From the IMG/VR virus record IMGVR_UViG_3300036859_000429, positions 1 through 50,584 of that record: a stretch of 50,584 nucleotides of DNA. The stretch is one strand, 5' to 3'. Source of the DNA: a virus. Below are positions 38,730 to 48,092 of the stretch, one piece after another; position 1 is the first letter of the stretch; every line of letters begins with the position of its first letter. A program made the position numbers and the translations under genes. The notes under the pieces were generated by a model, which saw nothing but the letters and a program-made list of their open reading frames with translations, was not told the DNA's origin and ran no database searches.

Positions 38730-38754
38730 CTCCTTCCCGGCGTCCGGCTTGTTT

Positions 38755-38794
38755 CTCTGGGGGGCGACGAGCCGGGAGCCACCGCCCCCCAGAG
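38755..38794 (-). terminator. 12-bp perfect GC hairpin immediately after the capsid gene
   Basis: ctctggggggcg (38755-38766) pairs with cgccccccagag (38783-38794). It lies 10 nt downstream of the capsid stop. No U tract. Confidence 0.45.
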
Positions 38795-38804
38795 TGTTCC
38801 GTCC

Positions 38805-39977
38805 TTAGACGATGCCGTACAAGATGCTGTGATGGCGCTCGTTGCGGATCTCCCAGGTTGCCTCGGTCAGGTACTCCTCGGAAACGCGGTCCGCACCCGG
38901 ATGCTGACGCGCAGTCAGCAACTCGGTGTCCCCGCCCGTCAGCGGCTTGAACTCGACGTTCGAGTGGTCGACGATGAACAACCACCCGCCGAACTGCTTC
39001 AGCGTGGTCGGGAAGTCGTTCCAGTCCTTCTTGACCACGACCGGGATCTCGTAGCCGTAGACGCCGGACATGAAGGCGTCGACCTTCACTCCCGCGACAC
39101 GCTGCGGATCCGCGCGCCAAGCTGAACCCTGACCTCCGCGGTTGAACTTCGACATCTGCAGCGCGGCGAGCGGTGACGCGTAGATGACCGCGTCCCGTCC
39201 GGAGAACTGCAGCGCGCCCTTGAGGAAGTTGTCGACGTAGTCCACCGTCAATGAACCAGCCACGTCAGCGCGGTTCGAGACGATGTACTCCGTCATCCCT
39301 CCGGCGAAGCCGACCGGCTCACCCGTGTCTGGATCGGTGAGCAGGTCACGAGCACCCCAGAATCCGGAGTACTCGATCGCCCGCTTGTGCTCGACGCCCT
39401 TGACGGCCGACTCGTCTGCAGGCTCGCCCCGACCGTAGTACTCCACGCTGCGCGCCGTGCGGGAGAACGTGTACCCGTGGCGGAAAATCTGCGTGTAGTT
39501 GTAGCCGAGGGTCGCGAGCAAGATCGCCGTCTCGGGGAAGTCCGCCCCCTGCGGGGACGCGTTCGAGGTGATCAGGAGCGTGTCACCGACAGCCCCTGTC
39601 TGCGCGGCCTTGTCGCCGACGTCCCGAACGACCGTCAGCGTGTCGGTCGACACCGAACGGACGTAGAACGCGTCACCCATCGCCATGTTGCGGATGACGT
39701 CACCCTTGCGCACGCGCGCGCCGTGACCAGCGCTGAGTACGATCGTCGTAGCGACCGCCGTGTAGATCGCACCGACAGTCGCCAAGCGCGGGAAGTACTC
39801 CTTCTCGCGCCAGTTGACCTTCTCGCGCGTCGCCGTGCCCTTGCGCGTCTTCATCGTGAAGGTCGAGAACTGGGACTCATCCTCGTCGAGCATGGAGATT
39901 TCCTCTCGCATGTCGATCCGCATCGAGTCCTGTAGGACCTCCGTCGTCGAGACGGTGCCCTTCTGAATGGTGGCCAA
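38805..39977 (-). CDS. major capsid protein, HK97-fold type (390 aa)
   Basis: ORF track. TTG start with GGGAGGA 6 nt upstream. Size, its position after the scaffold gene, and a sequence reminiscent of DUF5309/SU10-type capsid proteins (recollection). Confidence 0.85.
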   Translation of the reverse strand: MATIQKGTVSTTEVLQDSMRIDMREEISMLDEDESQFSTFTMKTRKGTATREKVNWREKEYFPRLATVGAIYTAVATTIVLSAGHGARVRKGDVIRNMAMGDAFYVRSVSTDTLTVVRDVGDKAAQTGAVGDTLLITSNASPQGADFPETAILLATLGYNYTQIFRHGYTFSRTARSVEYYGRGEPADESAVKGVEHKRAIEYSGFWGARDLLTDPDTGEPVGFAGGMTEYIVSNRADVAGSLTVDYVDNFLKGALQFSGRDAVIYASPLAALQMSKFNRGGQGSAWRADPQRVAGVKVDAFMSGVYGYEIPVVVKKDWNDFPTTLKQFGGWLFIVDHSNVEFKPLTGGDTELLTARQHPGADRVSEEYLTEATWEIRNERHHSILYGIV

Positions 39978-40043
39978 AGCTTGTCCTCCCTTCCGAGACT
40001 TGTGCTGCGGTTCGGTTGTCTCGCTCGGGAGGGGGGTGCTGGG

Positions 40044-41207
40044 CTACTCCTCGGGGAGTGCTTCCAGGCCCCACCGTTCGCGCAACTCGTTCTTCTTCCG
40101 AATCACGGTCAACTCGGCCTCGCTGAGAGGGGTACGAGTCGGGGTCGCTTCGGATGACGACACCATCGCCTGGACTTTAGCGCGGTCACCGGATGCACGC
40201 CGCTGCTTGCGCTCGGCCTCCTGCGCCCGGCGACGGCTCGGAGCGTTCATCGCCTTCGCGGCCAGGTACAGGTAGTCCCAGGCCCGCATCTTCCCCTCGA
40301 TGCCGTCCTGGGCCAAATCGGCCAGCCACTGCTTCGTTTCCTCGGGCAGCAGACCCTCCTCCGTGGCGAGCCTGTCCATCGCCTCGGTGTACTGGTCGAA
40401 GTCCGGCCGGGTGGCAGCGGCACGCTGTTTGGCCAGTTCCGCTTCCTCTTTCGACGAGCGGTCAGGCTGCCGCTGCTCGGCTTGCAACGCCTGCTGAACA
40501 CGACGCTCCGCGAACACGCGCTGCACCTTGTTGTTGAACACGAGCGCCTGTGCGCGCTCCTCGGGATCGTCCGAGCGCGACCAGGCAGAGATGTAGATGT
40601 CGAAACCGTCCTCTCCGCCCGCTTCGAGAGCGGCCATCGCGCCCTGCACACCGCCACCGTTCTCGACGACCTCTTCGGCCCAGGACTGCCAGGCACCGTG
40701 ATCAAGCTCAGCCGGTTCCGCTTCCGCAGCCCGCTCGATCTTCAGGTTGCGTTCGTGAAGCTCGCGGTACAGCTGGTTGATCGTCGCGTCTTTTTCGTCC
40801 AGGCCCTTCTCGGTGCTTTCCTTGTCCCGGTAGCGACGGGCGTAGAACTCGCCCTCTTCCTCCTCGCCCTCTTCAAGATCGGCCTCGCCCTCCGGCGGCT
40901 CCTCACCCTCGACCTCTTCACCCTCGGCCTCTTCGACCTCGGGCGGCTCCTCCTCGACCGGAGGCGATTGGACCAGCTCGGCCTCGGCCTCGGGCTCTTT
41001 CTCCCCCTCGGGGAGCGGCGCATCCGGCTCGGGCGGTTTCACCCAGCCCGCAGCCTGTGCAGCCTCCTCGCGCTTCGCGGAGACGCGCGCGGCGAACTGG
41101 GTCGGAGTCAAACCGTCAGGACCCGGCTCCTCCCACGCCTCGTCAGGGAACTCTTCCGGCGCAGTCACCTGCGTCGGCTGATCACTTTCCTTAGTCCGCC
41201 CAGCCAT
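40044..41207 (-). CDS. scaffolding protein (387 aa)
   Basis: ORF track. Extremely acidic E/P/G run plus coiled-coil regions. Located between the portal and capsid genes. Confidence 0.75.
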   Translation of the reverse strand: MAGRTKESDQPTQVTAPEEFPDEAWEEPGPDGLTPTQFAARVSAKREEAAQAAGWVKPPEPDAPLPEGEKEPEAEAELVQSPPVEEEPPEVEEAEGEEVEGEEPPEGEADLEEGEEEEGEFYARRYRDKESTEKGLDEKDATINQLYRELHERNLKIERAAEAEPAELDHGAWQSWAEEVVENGGGVQGAMAALEAGGEDGFDIYISAWSRSDDPEERAQALVFNNKVQRVFAERRVQQALQAEQRQPDRSSKEEAELAKQRAAATRPDFDQYTEAMDRLATEEGLLPEETKQWLADLAQDGIEGKMRAWDYLYLAAKAMNAPSRRRAQEAERKQRRASGDRAKVQAMVSSSEATPTRTPLSEAELTVIRKKNELRERWGLEALPEE

Positions 41208-41517
41208 CCTTGTCCTCCTCCGGCTCTGTTACGGCAGCACCTGCTTCCCACTCCTGCACTCTTCTCACGGCGGCGTCCACGACCAGTTTGCCGTACACCG
41301 CCCCGGCGATGAAGCCGCGATCGTAGTCCGCCTGCCGTTGCATCGCGGCTACGTCCTCGCCGCCCATCAGCCGCGCAGTCAGCGACTCCCGCATCCGCAT
41401 GCGCTTCTTCTCGATCTCTTCGACCAGCAGCGTGAAACCCGGATGTGTTTGCAGGGATCCAAGACGCTCGGCGATTCGTCGCAGTTGTCGCTGCGCATCC
41501 ACTGTCATCGTGCTCAA
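41191..41517 (-). CDS. hypothetical head-module protein (108 aa)
   Basis: ORF track. Confidence 0.7.
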   Translation of the reverse strand: MSTMTVDAQRQLRRIAERLGSLQTHPGFTLLVEEIEKKRMRMRESLTARLMGGEDVAAMQRQADYDRGFIAGAVYGKLVVDAAVRRVQEWEAGAAVTEPEEDKDGWAD

Positions 41518-41536
41518 TAGATCCTCCTAAGCAACA

Positions 41537-41731
41537 TCATGCTTGTGCCTCGACGAACTCGATCGGAATTCCCACGGGTGGAACCGCCACGCGAATCTCT
41601 ACCGTGTATGCGTCCCTTTCGCGATGTTCGACCCAGATCGTCGCGTCATACCCGCGCGAGCGCAAGCCGATCGCGATCGGTTGCAGGACGAGAAGCGTCA
41701 TTTTCACCTCACGCTCAAGCCGCTCGTTCAC
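41537..41731 (-). CDS. hypothetical protein (64 aa)
   Basis: ORF track. ATGA-type overlap with the portal stop. Confidence 0.55.
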   Translation of the reverse strand: MNERLEREVKMTLLVLQPIAIGLRSRGYDATIWVEHRERDAYTVEIRVAVPPVGIPIEFVEAQA

Positions 41732-43650
41732 ACTGACCTGCCCGCCCCAGAGCGAGCGAGCGACTGTTGCATCGGTGCGGCCGGTGACATCGAGACGGGC
41801 GAGGACGGAGAGCTTGGCCCGGCGGCGAGTGCCTCGTTCGTGATCCCGCCCGCGGGCATGGAACCGTTCTGCAACTGCTGCAGGATCTCGTCCGCTTCTG
41901 GCGGCGTGCCCATTCCGCCCGCTGCCGCGCCCGGCGTCTCCGAGAAGTAGGTGGCCTTGTCGGTGATCCCGTACGAGTCGAGCAGACGCTCCCAGAAACG
42001 GCGCAAGTTGAGCGGCGTGCCGTTCGCGGACATCACCTCTGCAGCCTGGGTCGCCATCGTCACCAACGCTTGGTTCTCGGCGCGACGCTCCTGGCGCATC
42101 ATCGACTCTCCGGTGACCTCCAGCTCGACGTCGTACACACCCTGGATGTCGAGCGGATCGGCTTCGAAGTAGCGACGCGCACCCTCCTCGCCGAGCACCT
42201 CGACAAGACGCGTCTCGGTCAAAAACTGCTGGTCAAGTTCGAGGAACATCTGCCCGATCTTCCCGAACGCCTTCTGATACTGCAGCTTGCGCCGCGCGAG
42301 GATCGCCTGCGCGATGTTCGTGACGATCGAGACCCCGGTCGCCGTGTTCGACCCCGCAATCGTCTGGGACTCCGCACCCCCCGTGAACGGCAGCCCGCCC
42401 ATCACGTTCTGGATGTCGCCCCGCAACAGACCTTCCGATTCCAACGTTGCCGACGCGGCGGCAGCGACTCCGGTCATGTCCATCACTTTGACCGCGTTCG
42501 GATCAGGAACGATCCACTGCGCCTCGGGAGCCCACTCGTACTGCTCCGGGTTGTCCACGTCGCCGCGAATCATCGTGATCACATTCGCGGCGATCCGAGA
42601 TGCATCCAGACGCAAGTTGCTCAGCGTCCAGAGCATCTCCTGCATCTGTGCCAGCCCCTCGATCACGGAGACACCGGGGATCTGAAACAGATCAGGAATC
42701 GCACTGCAAACAACGAACGGCTTGCGGCCGTGCTCGAACGGGTTGCGCTCGTTGCGTAGCAGTACCGACTTGTTCGCGAGCGTGACCACCTTCTTGTCCG
42801 TCCACAGCTCGACGATCTCGACCAGCCCCGCTGTGCGATCGACGCCGCGCAACCGCTTCTCGCGCTCGCGCACCGCATCTGCGTCCGCTTGCGTGTCCCC
42901 GATCCGCGTCTCCTTCACGTACTTCGTGTTCTTGTAGACGCCAAGTTCTTCCATCCGCACGAGCGTCTGGTAGGTGATGTAGGTGCGGTCGATGATCCAG
43001 GGGGACTTGTCGATCGAAACGGCCGACTCGGGATACATCCAATCGCGAACGTCGCGCACCTCGAAGGTCGGATCGTCGCGAATCGTGACCGCATCCTCAA
43101 AGCGCTGCAACTTGTTCGCGATGTCGATCGTGCCGCCCGTCTCATCGTGGATCAACTCGGGCACCTCTTCGCGGCTGTAGCGCACCACGTCCTGCTTCAA
43201 CCAATGGATCTTCCCGACAGTCAACCCGGCGATCAAGTCCTGATGCGCGTACGGCCCCGCCTTCTCATCGAAGCCGTCGATCCGCATCTGATGCCCGAGC
43301 AAATAAGACCCGATGTCTGCACCCTCGGTGCGCTGCACAATCTCCTCAACAGTGACGCCGGGATAAACACGCGGCGTGATCGTCCAGGCCGGATTCGGAT
43401 CCTCCAGCGAAGAGAGCATCCCTTCGACGATGTTGATCAGGTACGGCGGGTGCTGATTGGAACGCCAGCCTTTCGGCTTCGTGTCCGTGTCCTGCAGACC
43501 GCGCCAAGCGTCGTAACGGCGCTCGACACGACGTGCGAAAGCGTTGTGCCACTTCTTCGCATACGAGATGCACTCGCGCACCTCTTCGATCGCGTCACGG
43601 TCGCGCTCGTTGGGGCGGTAATCGGGCGTCTCTTTTTGCTTACGCGCCAC
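41728..43650 (-). CDS. portal protein (640 aa)
   Basis: ORF track, GTG start. Size, position next to terminase, and an N-terminal region (...RRVERRYDAWRGLQ...W.SNQHPPYLINIVEGMLSSL) resembling head-to-tail connector (T7 gp8-like) portals by recollection. Confidence 0.85.
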   Translation of the reverse strand: MARKQKETPDYRPNERDRDAIEEVRECISYAKKWHNAFARRVERRYDAWRGLQDTDTKPKGWRSNQHPPYLINIVEGMLSSLEDPNPAWTITPRVYPGVTVEEIVQRTEGADIGSYLLGHQMRIDGFDEKAGPYAHQDLIAGLTVGKIHWLKQDVVRYSREEVPELIHDETGGTIDIANKLQRFEDAVTIRDDPTFEVRDVRDWMYPESAVSIDKSPWIIDRTYITYQTLVRMEELGVYKNTKYVKETRIGDTQADADAVREREKRLRGVDRTAGLVEIVELWTDKKVVTLANKSVLLRNERNPFEHGRKPFVVCSAIPDLFQIPGVSVIEGLAQMQEMLWTLSNLRLDASRIAANVITMIRGDVDNPEQYEWAPEAQWIVPDPNAVKVMDMTGVAAAASATLESEGLLRGDIQNVMGGLPFTGGAESQTIAGSNTATGVSIVTNIAQAILARRKLQYQKAFGKIGQMFLELDQQFLTETRLVEVLGEEGARRYFEADPLDIQGVYDVELEVTGESMMRQERRAENQALVTMATQAAEVMSANGTPLNLRRFWERLLDSYGITDKATYFSETPGAAAGGMGTPPEADEILQQLQNGSMPAGGITNEALAAGPSSPSSPVSMSPAAPMQQSLARSGAGRSV

Positions 43651-43888
43651 TCGCGTCCACCATCAGTACGGGGCCGCTCATGCCGACCACCTGCACACGA
43701 CCGAATGGACGACGTTGAAGCAACACCGTCTTGGCCCACGGCAACTCAGCAACTGACTCGTCGTAAAACGCCAGCGCGTTCGCCTTGCGAAAGAACGGGA
43801 TTGCTGGAAGATCCGGCCGACCTTCCAGCGCAACCGCGTATCGCCAGAACGGATTGAAGGCCGCAACGTAATACGCGTTACGGGCCAT
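43640..43888 (-). CDS. hypothetical protein (82 aa)
   Basis: ORF track. Confidence 0.65.
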   Translation of the reverse strand: MARNAYYVAAFNPFWRYAVALEGRPDLPAIPFFRKANALAFYDESVAELPWAKTVLLQRRPFGRVQVVGMSGPVLMVDASGA

Positions 43889-44013
43889 TTGAGTCCCGTC
43901 GACAGCGAAGACAGTAGAACGCCCAGAGCGTCACTCCGCTAGGCCACCGCTCCTGATAACGGTGACCACGCAGCCAGCACCAGGGACGCTTCCAACCGCC
44001 CCACCGCAGACCG

Positions 44014-44343
44014 TCAAACACCAACGGCTTTCCGAAGCGCAGGCGTCGAACCGCTGATCTCCTCAGCCATCTTCTCGTTGTCGGCCTTCAGCTGTTGCAC
44101 GTACGTCTTGCACTTCTCGATCGTCAGACGTTCCTTCTCGGTGACGGACGGAATCGCGATGTAAGCGTCGAGGGCCATGAGAATGTCGTCGAGCGCGTCC
44201 ACCTCGGAGCCGCCCTCAGCTGGGTTGTCGACGCCGGGTGTCGGCCCGCCAGCCCCGAGCAGTGCGGCGAGGTCAGAGCCTCCCCCGCCTGGGGCTCCCA
44301 TCATCTCCGGCGCTGCTGGGCCTGACAGGAGATCCATTGCCAC
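44014..44343 (-). CDS. hypothetical protein (109 aa)
   Basis: ORF track. GTG 44343 lies 6 nt after GGAAGGGAG and 3 nt after the terL stop. Confidence 0.7.
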   Translation of the reverse strand: MAMDLLSGPAAPEMMGAPGGGGSDLAALLGAGGPTPGVDNPAEGGSEVDALDDILMALDAYIAIPSVTEKERLTIEKCKTYVQQLKADNEKMAEEISGSTPALRKAVGV

Positions 44344-44346
44344 GGC

Positions 44347-46068
44347 TTACTCCCTTCCTCTTTCCCACATGTAGAGCGAATCCTTCCAGCGCGACCGGAC
44401 AGGCTTCGCCTTGCGCTTCTTCTCATGATGACCAAACTGCCTATAAAGCTCCAGTGATCCGGCTGCGGAGAAGACCCTGTCGTCATTGCAGCCTTCGAGC
44501 GCCCGCGGCGAAGGGCGGGTCGGCCGCTTCGAGAAGGTGCGCAGCTCGGCGTCCAGATCGGGCGTGATCCAGGGGCAGAGCCCGTCGCGGATCCACTGCT
44601 CCAGCTGATTGATCAGCAGGGGGCGGGTCGCTCCGTTGATCGGGTAACCGAAGTCGTCGCGCTCGCGCGGGTCGATCGTCTCCTCCGGCCCCTGCTTGTG
44701 CCGATACAACCGCAGGTACGGCTTGCGCCCCTTGATCCCGTCCCGCAGAGGAATGATCACCGCACGCCCGTAGCCACCCTGCACCTCGACCGCGATCATC
44801 GCGTCGTGCAGGCAACCACTGAACTTCCCGAACCACTTCCCCATGTAGTAGAGGTCCTTCGCAAACACGTCCTCACCGATCTTGGCATGGTACTCAGCCA
44901 CCCATTTGCCGTTCGTCAGGTCGATGACGTGCGCGGAGGAGAAGTCGTCCCCGGTGCCGGTCGCGACGTCGGCCGAGATCGCGTAGTCGTGCCCTGAAAT
45001 TGGCTCCTCGTACACGCGCCACTCGCCGAACTTGGCGATCTCGCGCTTCGCGGCCTTGTGCGTCTCCTGCCAGCTGAAGCGGTAAAGCATCTTCTGCTCG
45101 GAGGAGCGCCATTTCTCTCGATACTCGTTCAGCTTGTCGAGGTCGAACCAGCACTTGCCGGTCATGATGAAGCCCTCTTCCGGCGTGCGCGGGTACTGCT
45201 CGGCACGATCGGACGGGGGCAGGCGGCGAGCTTTCAGCCGGTACCACTCTTCGTTTCGGTCGGGGTGCGAGAAGACGCCCAGGAAGCGACGCACGATCCC
45301 CATCGACTCGGCGTTCGTCCACAGGTAGTGGAAGAAGTTGCCCTGCGCCTCGCCCTCCATGTCCTCGGTCGAGACGCCGTTCGCGGTCGAGACGATGATC
45401 GCCATGCCGCCACCGTCGATGATCGGGAAGGCCGCTTTCCAGGACTCGCGCGCGTAGTCCTGGCGCGCGTGCTCGTCGAGCAGCACGAGCATGGCCGTCT
45501 CGCCGTGACCGGCTTTCGGCGTCGAAGGAAGCGCAAGGATCGAAGACCGCCTGCCCTGGACGTCCGTCCACTCGATCTCCTGCGAAGGAGCGCCCCCACG
45601 CGCTGGTTTCGTCAGTCGCATGTGCTCGACGAAGTAGGACGGCAGCGACTGGTACATGCCCCAGATGCGCGAGATCACTTTCTGCGCCTCTTCGAGGTTG
45701 ATCGAGATGATCAGGAAACGCGCGCCCGGATGCGTGAGCACGAGCGTGAGCCCGAACGCAGCCGCGAGCCAGGTGATCCCGATCTGCCGCGACTTGTACT
45801 CCAGACAGACCTCGTTCGCGATCCAGTCGTCGAGCACACCACGATGGAAGAACCACTTGCCCGGCTCACCGCTCAGGTCGATCGAGGCGCGCTCCTCGGC
45901 GGTGAGCAGGTCGAAGTCGAACTCCTCGCCGGTCTTCGCGTCCACGCAGTGCATGAACTGCATCAGGAAAGCGGGGTGCTCGAAGGCCCGCTTCTTGCGC
46001 AGGGCTCGGACGGCGACGACGTGCTCAGCCTGGTCTTCGAGAACGGAGTGGTCGAGAGCGACGGCCAC
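44347..46068 (-). CDS. terL: terminase large subunit (573 aa)
   Basis: ORF track. Walker A-like KSRQIGITW, Walker B MLVLLDEH, and nuclease-domain acidic motifs ISADVATGTGDDFSSAHVIDL. The exact start (GTG 46068) is uncertain. Confidence 0.9.
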   Translation of the reverse strand: MAVALDHSVLEDQAEHVVAVRALRKKRAFEHPAFLMQFMHCVDAKTGEEFDFDLLTAEERASIDLSGEPGKWFFHRGVLDDWIANEVCLEYKSRQIGITWLAAAFGLTLVLTHPGARFLIISINLEEAQKVISRIWGMYQSLPSYFVEHMRLTKPARGGAPSQEIEWTDVQGRRSSILALPSTPKAGHGETAMLVLLDEHARQDYARESWKAAFPIIDGGGMAIIVSTANGVSTEDMEGEAQGNFFHYLWTNAESMGIVRRFLGVFSHPDRNEEWYRLKARRLPPSDRAEQYPRTPEEGFIMTGKCWFDLDKLNEYREKWRSSEQKMLYRFSWQETHKAAKREIAKFGEWRVYEEPISGHDYAISADVATGTGDDFSSAHVIDLTNGKWVAEYHAKIGEDVFAKDLYYMGKWFGKFSGCLHDAMIAVEVQGGYGRAVIIPLRDGIKGRKPYLRLYRHKQGPEETIDPRERDDFGYPINGATRPLLINQLEQWIRDGLCPWITPDLDAELRTFSKRPTRPSPRALEGCNDDRVFSAAGSLELYRQFGHHEKKRKAKPVRSRWKDSLYMWERGRE

Positions 46069-46107
46069 GATCGGCTAGAATAGAGGTTCCTCTTGGGTGT
46101 CCGAATT

Positions 46108-46131
46108 GAGGGGCGGCTTTGGTCGCCCCTC
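46108..46131. terminator. 8-bp GC hairpin in the terL upstream gap
   Basis: gaggggcg-gctttggt-cgcccctc. It is followed by ctgtgttat on the plus strand and by aattcgg on the minus strand. Confidence 0.4.
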
Positions 46132-46136
46132 CTGTG

Positions 46137-46265
46137 TTATCGCTTCCGGCGCTTGCTCGCCTGCGCGTTCGAGATTTTCGCTGCGCGCTCCTTCGACATG
46201 CCCTTGTCACGCAGCGCCTCATACACCTTCGGGTTCTTAATGCTCTTCATCTTCTTTCCGGGCAT
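46137..46265 (-). CDS. small basic protein (42 aa, not in ORF track)
   Basis: The ATG overlaps the upstream stop (TAATG). MPGKKMKSIKNPKVYEALRDKGMSKERAAKISNAQASKRRKR recalls a widespread small actinobacterial protein family (unverified). Confidence 0.55.
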   Translation of the reverse strand: MPGKKMKSIKNPKVYEALRDKGMSKERAAKISNAQASKRRKR

Positions 46266-46555
46266 TAGCTGATCGCCTCTCTCCTAACTGTCGTTGCGGG
46301 CGGTGAAGGAACCTGCACGTCGACCTTGTTCGTTCCCACGAATGGCTCGATCGGGGTGGTACCACCGAGCAGCGCGTACGCGAGCCCGCTGAAGGTCGCA
46401 CCGCCGAGCCCCCACAGCAGATTGATCGGCTCGAACTGGTCGACTGCGGTGGTGGTGAAGAAGGTTGCGAAGTAGCCGATTACGGCGACGACGACGACTC
46501 GCGTCCAGAAGCGCACGCCCGGCGACGCCTGAAACGCCCTGATGAATGCACTCAT
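46265..46555 (-). CDS. membrane protein, holin-like candidate (96 aa)
   Basis: ORF track. Two or three hydrophobic helices. Confidence 0.7.
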   Translation of the reverse strand: MSAFIRAFQASPGVRFWTRVVVVAVIGYFATFFTTTAVDQFEPINLLWGLGGATFSGLAYALLGGTTPIEPFVGTNKVDVQVPSPPATTVRREAIS

Positions 46556-46565
46556 TGCTGTCCTC

Positions 46566-46955
46566 CTAGTTCTCTCCGACGGTTTGCTTGCTGCACTTTT
46601 CCTTGAAACTGTCGACAGTGTCGTTGAACTTGTCTAGGTCGGCTTGCTGCTTCTTCGTTCGCGGCGGCGGCGGGAAGAAAGGGCGCAACACTTCGCGCAC
46701 ACTTTCGTACGTCTGTTTGCACGACGCGACTCGCATCGCTCGCACCGTCCTGTCCCGTTCGGCGTTCTCCGCGATGCGCTTCTCGTTCTCGCGAATCAAC
46801 GTCCTGTTGTCGTGCGCGATGACACTGAGCCAGTAGAATCCGGTCGCGCCTGCCGCAGTAAAGAGCACGATCCAGACAAGCAGCACATAACCCTGCTTGA
46901 TCTTGACGCGCGGGAAGCGCCTGCTGATGTATTCAAGAAGACGCGTCAGTGGCAT
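46566..46955 (-). CDS. N-terminally membrane-anchored coiled-coil protein (129 aa)
   Basis: ORF track. A TM helix GYVLLVWIVLFTAAGATGFYWLSVI is followed by a charged helical domain. Confidence 0.7.
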   Translation of the reverse strand: MPLTRLLEYISRRFPRVKIKQGYVLLVWIVLFTAAGATGFYWLSVIAHDNRTLIRENEKRIAENAERDRTVRAMRVASCKQTYESVREVLRPFFPPPPRTKKQQADLDKFNDTVDSFKEKCSKQTVGEN

Positions 46956-47107
46956 ACGAGCACCGTCACGAACCAGCCGATCATGTTCATGCCCGAGAAC
47001 CAGAAGATCGTGAACGCGTTATCATGCGCCCACACTTTAACCCGGCACGTCTGTGTGTTCGGCCGCACCGTGGGGTCAAGCAGGTAGTCCTTGACGCCAA
47101 GCTTCAT
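46946..47107 (-). CDS. small membrane protein (53 aa)
   Basis: Internal ATG 47107 (ATGA overlap with the upstream stop). C-terminal TM segment FTIFWFSGMNMIGWFVTVLV. Confidence 0.55.
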   Translation of the reverse strand: MKLGVKDYLLDPTVRPNTQTCRVKVWAHDNAFTIFWFSGMNMIGWFVTVLVCH

Positions 47108-47289
47108 CCTTTGTCCCCCCTCTGAGCGAGCGGAATGCCAGCGACGCCACCGCCTGCAAAGACGAGCGAAATCCCGAGCGCGTTCCCTTGGACTGTTGCT
47201 ACTGCCCCAGTAATAATCAACCCAATGCCGACCAAAAACAAGACATCGACTTTTCGCCACCGCCAGATGCGTCCCCCGTTCGTCTCCAC
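47104..47289 (-). CDS. two-TM holin-like protein (61 aa)
   Basis: ORF track. GTG start with AAGAGG 8 nt upstream. Lies directly downstream of the endolysin gene. Confidence 0.65.
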   Translation of the reverse strand: METNGGRIWRWRKVDVLFLVGIGLIITGAVATVQGNALGISLVFAGGGVAGIPLAQRGDKG

Positions 47290-47317
47290 TTTTAGACCTC
47301 TTCACTAGCAGTACCCA

Positions 47318-48085
47318 TCAGCGGCTGACATGGATGAAGATCGTCCGGCGCGGCACGTAGCGCCGATCACCTCGGGTCATTCGCTGGCCGCCATTCGAGT
47401 CGTTCCCTACCGCAGTATTACCTTCACGAGCCGTGAAGGTGCCCTTCAGTCGATCGTTCCACTTCACAAACAAGCCGGTGTGGTCGAAGACCCCGTCGCC
47501 GTTCCAGTCGTAGACGACGATGTCTCCCGGCTGGGGATTGGCGGTAATCGCGAACCCGCGCTCGCCACGCCTGGCGGCTCCAAGAATCCACGGCACGTAC
47601 GCCTCGAACTTGCCGCGCACGAACGCCTTGCTCCCCGCCTTGACGTAGAAGCGGGTGATGTCCATTGCGCACCAAGCGCCAATGAATCCGTACCAGCGTG
47701 TGGTCGAGCACTTGTTCGACTTGGGCGGGTTCTCCTTCTCGTCGGGGGCTCGCATCATCGCGTTCAACGCCTTGACGCGAAGCGGCGTTTTGAGGCGAGC
47801 GCGGAGTCGCGCTTTGCGCCGGGCGAGCTGGTCCTTGCGGAGCTTCCTCTTGCCGGTCAAGACGGGCACGAGCAGCGGCCCCGCCCTGCCGTCGATCGCG
47901 CGCTCCGCGTACCCGAGCCAGTACTTCGCCCGCTTGACCGCGCGCATCGTTTCCGGCCCGTACTCGCCGTCAGGATGACCTTGCAGGTAAATCTGCCCGA
48001 AGACGTTCGTCTGCAACGCGAACTGCAGCGCCCGCACATCATTGCCCTTCATGTGCGGACTGGTCAGCTGCAAGACACGCTTCAC
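47318..48085 (-). CDS. endolysin: N-terminal peptidoglycan-binding domain + C-terminal CHAP/NlpC-P60-type peptidase (255 aa)
   Basis: ORF track. GNDVRALQFALQ...PDGEYGPETMRAVKRAKYWLG is PG_binding_1-like. WCAMDITRFY...GDIVVYDWNGDGVFDHTGLF...EGNT is the CHAP Cys/His pattern. Confidence 0.85.
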   Translation of the reverse strand: MKRVLQLTSPHMKGNDVRALQFALQTNVFGQIYLQGHPDGEYGPETMRAVKRAKYWLGYAERAIDGRAGPLLVPVLTGKRKLRKDQLARRKARLRARLKTPLRVKALNAMMRAPDEKENPPKSNKCSTTRWYGFIGAWCAMDITRFYVKAGSKAFVRGKFEAYVPWILGAARRGERGFAITANPQPGDIVVYDWNGDGVFDHTGLFVKWNDRLKGTFTAREGNTAVGNDSNGGQRMTRGDRRYVPRRTIFIHVSR

Positions 48086-48092
48086 TGCGTCT

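Noticed and set aside
45058-46083. 341-aa plus-strand ORF and 320-aa minus-strand alternative-frame ORF (44894..45856) inside terL
   Set aside because: Both overlap the terminase large-subunit frame, which carries the Walker and nuclease motifs. Their translations are Arg-rich and low in complexity.
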